DNA of 64,000 nt. It comes from Klebsormidium nitens (taxonomy: Eukaryota > Plantae > Klebsormidiophyceae). The stretch spans positions 26,461 through 90,460 of the forward strand of contig DF237332.1 of the NCBI GenBank assembly GCA_000708835.1. Direction: 5' to 3'. The notes below the pieces were generated by a model, which was given only the letters and a program-made list of their open reading frames with translations, searched no databases and was not told where the DNA came from. The position numbers were made by a program, and so were the translations under genes. Of the stretch, positions 60,814 through 64,000 are shown piece by piece (the first letter of the stretch is position 1; every line of letters begins with the position of its first letter).

Positions 60814-63679
60814 TCAGAACGTGTTCCAATAACAAATCGGAACGTCGTGTCTTTCCGCACTCAAGTTGCAGGATGCGTTGATAGCTTCGAGCGCCAGAGT
60901 CATTTGACGTGTTCGAAGCGGCCTAGTACAGGCGGTGACAATGAAAACGGCACGTGGTACCAGCCGGACACGTGGCACTTACACGACCTGACAGCTGTCC
61001 CCGACGATTTGACTGAGCTCATGACGGTAGATGTGCGCTCTGGTGACAGCGATCAATCTCCTGTGCGTTTGCTTAGGAAGACCTGTCCAGCGTCTCCGTA
61101 CTGACGATGAAACTCACAGACACAGCCGGACCTTTCTTCACCGTATCCAAGCAGGTTTGGGAAGAACACTCCGACAGCTGTCTTTGGGCAGCTGTCGAGT
61201 TCTGCTCGCGAGCACGCCGTTTCTGCCCAATGCGTGCCAGGGGAACCACTTGCAGTAGTATCGAGAAAAGCTCGGGAGTGGTTGAAAACGAACCCTAAGC
61301 AGTCGAGAAGGAACGACTCACCAGAAGTAGTCGAGGAGGAATCTGACGGGCGCCGGCATGCCCGGCCGGAACTCCTTTTCGACGTAGTCTTTGCCCGCCC
61401 ACTTGTACATGGAGTGAACGACCCAGGGGCACATCTTGACATTCCCGCTCAGGCCGTGGGCCTTGATGACCTGAGCGACTAACTGCACGAGTGGTCGGGA
61501 GAGGGTGGGAGAGGGCAAAGAGAGGAAACGAAAACCTTGACCGAGGTCTTCCAAAGATCTTCCGTGCGTCACCGGCTCGACCAGTGGTTTGTCTCCGGCG
61601 CCTGCCGTTTGTTGATGGTAGCCAACATGGCAGCAAAATTACTGATCTAAAGCACGGGCGGACAAAGATGGACCATGAGGTCATGTCGAACCAATTGAAA
61701 ATGCAGAAACACCCAGACCCTAAGATTGACGCAAAGCACTGCTGGACAGAGATGAACGCATGGTCATATTCGAACCAAGTGAGAATGCGGAAACACCCGA
61801 ACACGAATCCCCAATCCTGGTATCAGCTCATTGCTAAACGCGGGCTATACACGGGGGCCTGTTTACGACCACTCTTGACAGGAACGTATGATCTCTGCTT
61901 GAACAACCTTTTGATAGCGTACTGCCAATCAGAGGAGCCGGATGTAGTCAATCACTCTCCCTTCTTTTCTTCTTCTTCTTCACAGCCAGTTAGGTTGTTC
62001 GAACAAACCCACCTGCTGATGCTCCTCCTTGGTAAAATGTTCCTTGACCACGGGGGTAAAGAAGCGCTCCTCCTCGTCGAGGTGCTCCCTCAGTTCCGCC
62101 GCCATGTGGGCGACCTTTTGCCTGAGCTCCTCTGCCAAAACTCGCCTCTCACTCAGCGGCAGCTCGGGGGATCCCTCCGTGAGCGGCTTGAAACGCACCT
62201 CCATGGAACTGATATCTTGCAGCATTTGAATTAGCCCCTCGTGCTCGGTGGACATGCGAGCAGGGATCTCGCCGCAGCGGGCCTTCACAGCGGGGAAGAA
62301 GATGGTCTCCTCAATGTTGTGGTGGTGGTTAACCTGCGGGTCAGCAAAAAAACGGGTTAAGTCCATATAACCGGTCGTTGCATATTTACTTGCTCAAGTT
62401 TATGTCGTCCATGTTAGTAGGGATTTCAGACCTGTTTGATAGTTGGGATGAGTCAGCATTGTCAAGCGTCCAAGTCAGGACCATCAGATCTGATGGTTAT
62501 GTTGCAACCCATAAGAGGCTAACTCACATTGCAAATCAGGAGGGTTAGCATATAACAACTTGATTCACTGTTTTCCAGGACCTTAAAAGATCAAACCATT
62601 TGTGCCAAGTACACTGCTCCATGAATCGAGAGACTAGCCTCTGACAAGGCTTCGGCAGTCACAGTGTGGACAATGTGATTGACTGCAGCTACGCAAGCTT
62701 CACCTGGCTTGTAGCATTTTTGCTTTCGACTTGTGATCAAACCTTTTCACAAAGAGCACTTTGCAGATGGCTCGAACCTCCGGCTCACGTTTTACTGCAA
62801 TTGCACAAGCGAGGCTAGCAGGATGATTTGGCCTTTCAAGGATATGTCTGAAGATAAGGAGGAAGTAACTCACGGTGAAAGAGAACCATTCATTGTACCA
62901 TTTGAAGAACGCTGCGACCTTCCAGGGCTGCGTCCCATCAAAGAAGGGCGCCTGCAGCAGACGCTCCATACGGACCAAATCTTCTCGAATGGGCTCGTGC
63001 GGAGTCTGCAAATACCAAATTATAGATCTCTTTCATTTCTTTCGAGAGGAAGCACGGGGGGTTTGGAACTCCAAAAGCTTCCCCAATGACTCACTGGCTG
63101 ACGACTTCTTCAACGGCAACTTTTATCCTTTCTTGACAATGTAGCATGTAGCATGTGCACCAGTTAACGCCTGCCTGTAGCTTGTTGAAGTCTGACCTCT
63201 TGCAAAAAGGTCTGGGCCCAACACAAGTACAAACTATTTCCGAAACTCATGAGCGAATAGGCAACCCTTGAACACCAAAAAGCGAAGGCTGAAGGTTGAC
63301 ATGAAGGATTCACTTCTCCTTGAGAAGAAAGCTGTTCCTGTGTTCGCCATTCTATGTATATTATCAAAAAATGCTGCCAAGAGAAGGTTCTGTCTCTCCT
63401 TGAAACAATACGTGTGATATTGTGGCTCCAGCTCTGCCCGTGCGTACAATGCTGCCAACAAAACCACAACAGTTCGCAGAAAGCTCTTCGCTGTTGTTCA
63501 AAATGCAGTCATCTGCTCTTCAGTTTCCTGAATTTCTGTCCACTAGTACATATGCAACATCATTGCACATGAAGGTGGCCTGTCAGACTCACAAGCATCG
63601 AAGCGTCCGACCAATGGTTGACAACAGGGACTACGGTGGAGAGTGGACCCGAGAACGCAGGCACGTCTGTTGGCGCCAT
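60814..63679 (-). CDS. Stand-alone hemerythrin/HHE cation-binding domain protein (about 269 aa)
   Basis: Exons 63679-63593, 63005-62874, 62333-62013, 61482-61322 and tentatively 60922-60814 total 810 nt in phase. Motifs PHEPIR, HHHNIEETIFFP, EHEGL and HLDEEE. The last exon is the least certain; an unspliced form would stop at 61318. Confidence 0.82.
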
Positions 63680-64000
63680 CTTCTGCGAATGGGCTCACAT
63701 TATGCTGAACAGCCTGCTGCACTGCACAATACCTTCTTCAACTTCAAGGCGCTGGTGCATTCAACTCCGAGGAAGCCGCAGAATAATGTTATCATTACGC
63801 GAGCATTTTTTGGCGGCAACCGTTTTGAGCACTCCCTTCACCGAATGTGCCCCGGTACCTCCTGAAGTACCAGTTCGGTTCGGTTTGCTCGATTATCGGT
63901 TCGATGCCACGATATTCTTTCCAGACAAAGATGGTCTTATCGATTGTGACGCATCGAAACACTCGATGATTCAAGTCTGGACGATCCAAAGGCACCGGGA

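Noticed and set aside
58778-61322. FBXL5-like splice fusion of the hemerythrin gene to the downstream F-box gene
   Set aside because: The hemerythrin exon 4 donor is phase 2, while the acceptors I found upstream of the F-box ATG are phase 1. A nearer compatible terminal exon exists at 60922-60814.
63880-63910. GGTTCGAT (also at 16613 and GGTTCGAA at 45929) as tRNA T-loops
   Set aside because: No pairing T-stem or cloverleaf.

Overview
Eukaryotic nuclear DNA: intron-rich, GC-rich exons with GT-AG introns. The gene content (PHR2, a Toc34-like domain, a DRP4/Mx-like dynamin, DUF212, a thylakoid protein) points to a streptophyte green alga such as Klebsormidium; this is inference. I rebuilt the exon chains by hand with splice-phase checks. 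In order: (1) a large disordered RSKSPF-repeat protein that runs off the left edge, possibly into a Raf-like kinase domain; (2) a phase-consistent 11-exon, 749-aa gene joining a degenerate Toc34-type G domain to the photolyase-family protein PHR2, the most striking item here; (3) an Mx/DRP4-like dynamin pseudogene with an intact G domain and a Cys/His insert in the L4-loop region; (4) a GOST/GPR107-like 7TM protein with a long tail; (5) a small thylakoid-type membrane protein; (6) a DUF212 protein; (7) eIF2B-alpha, whose introns carry decayed copies of adjacent exon ends, some with intact splice sites and premature stops; (8) a frameshifted intronless ankyrin gene with a C-terminal F-box-like motif; (9) a saposin-domain acid sphingomyelinase-like enzyme; (10) an F-box cluster (one intact and tail-anchored, one inverted relic, one frameshifted); (11) a stand-alone hemerythrin (HHE) protein. 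I found no tRNA, rRNA or CRISPR array. All family calls rest on remembered motifs, not database searches.
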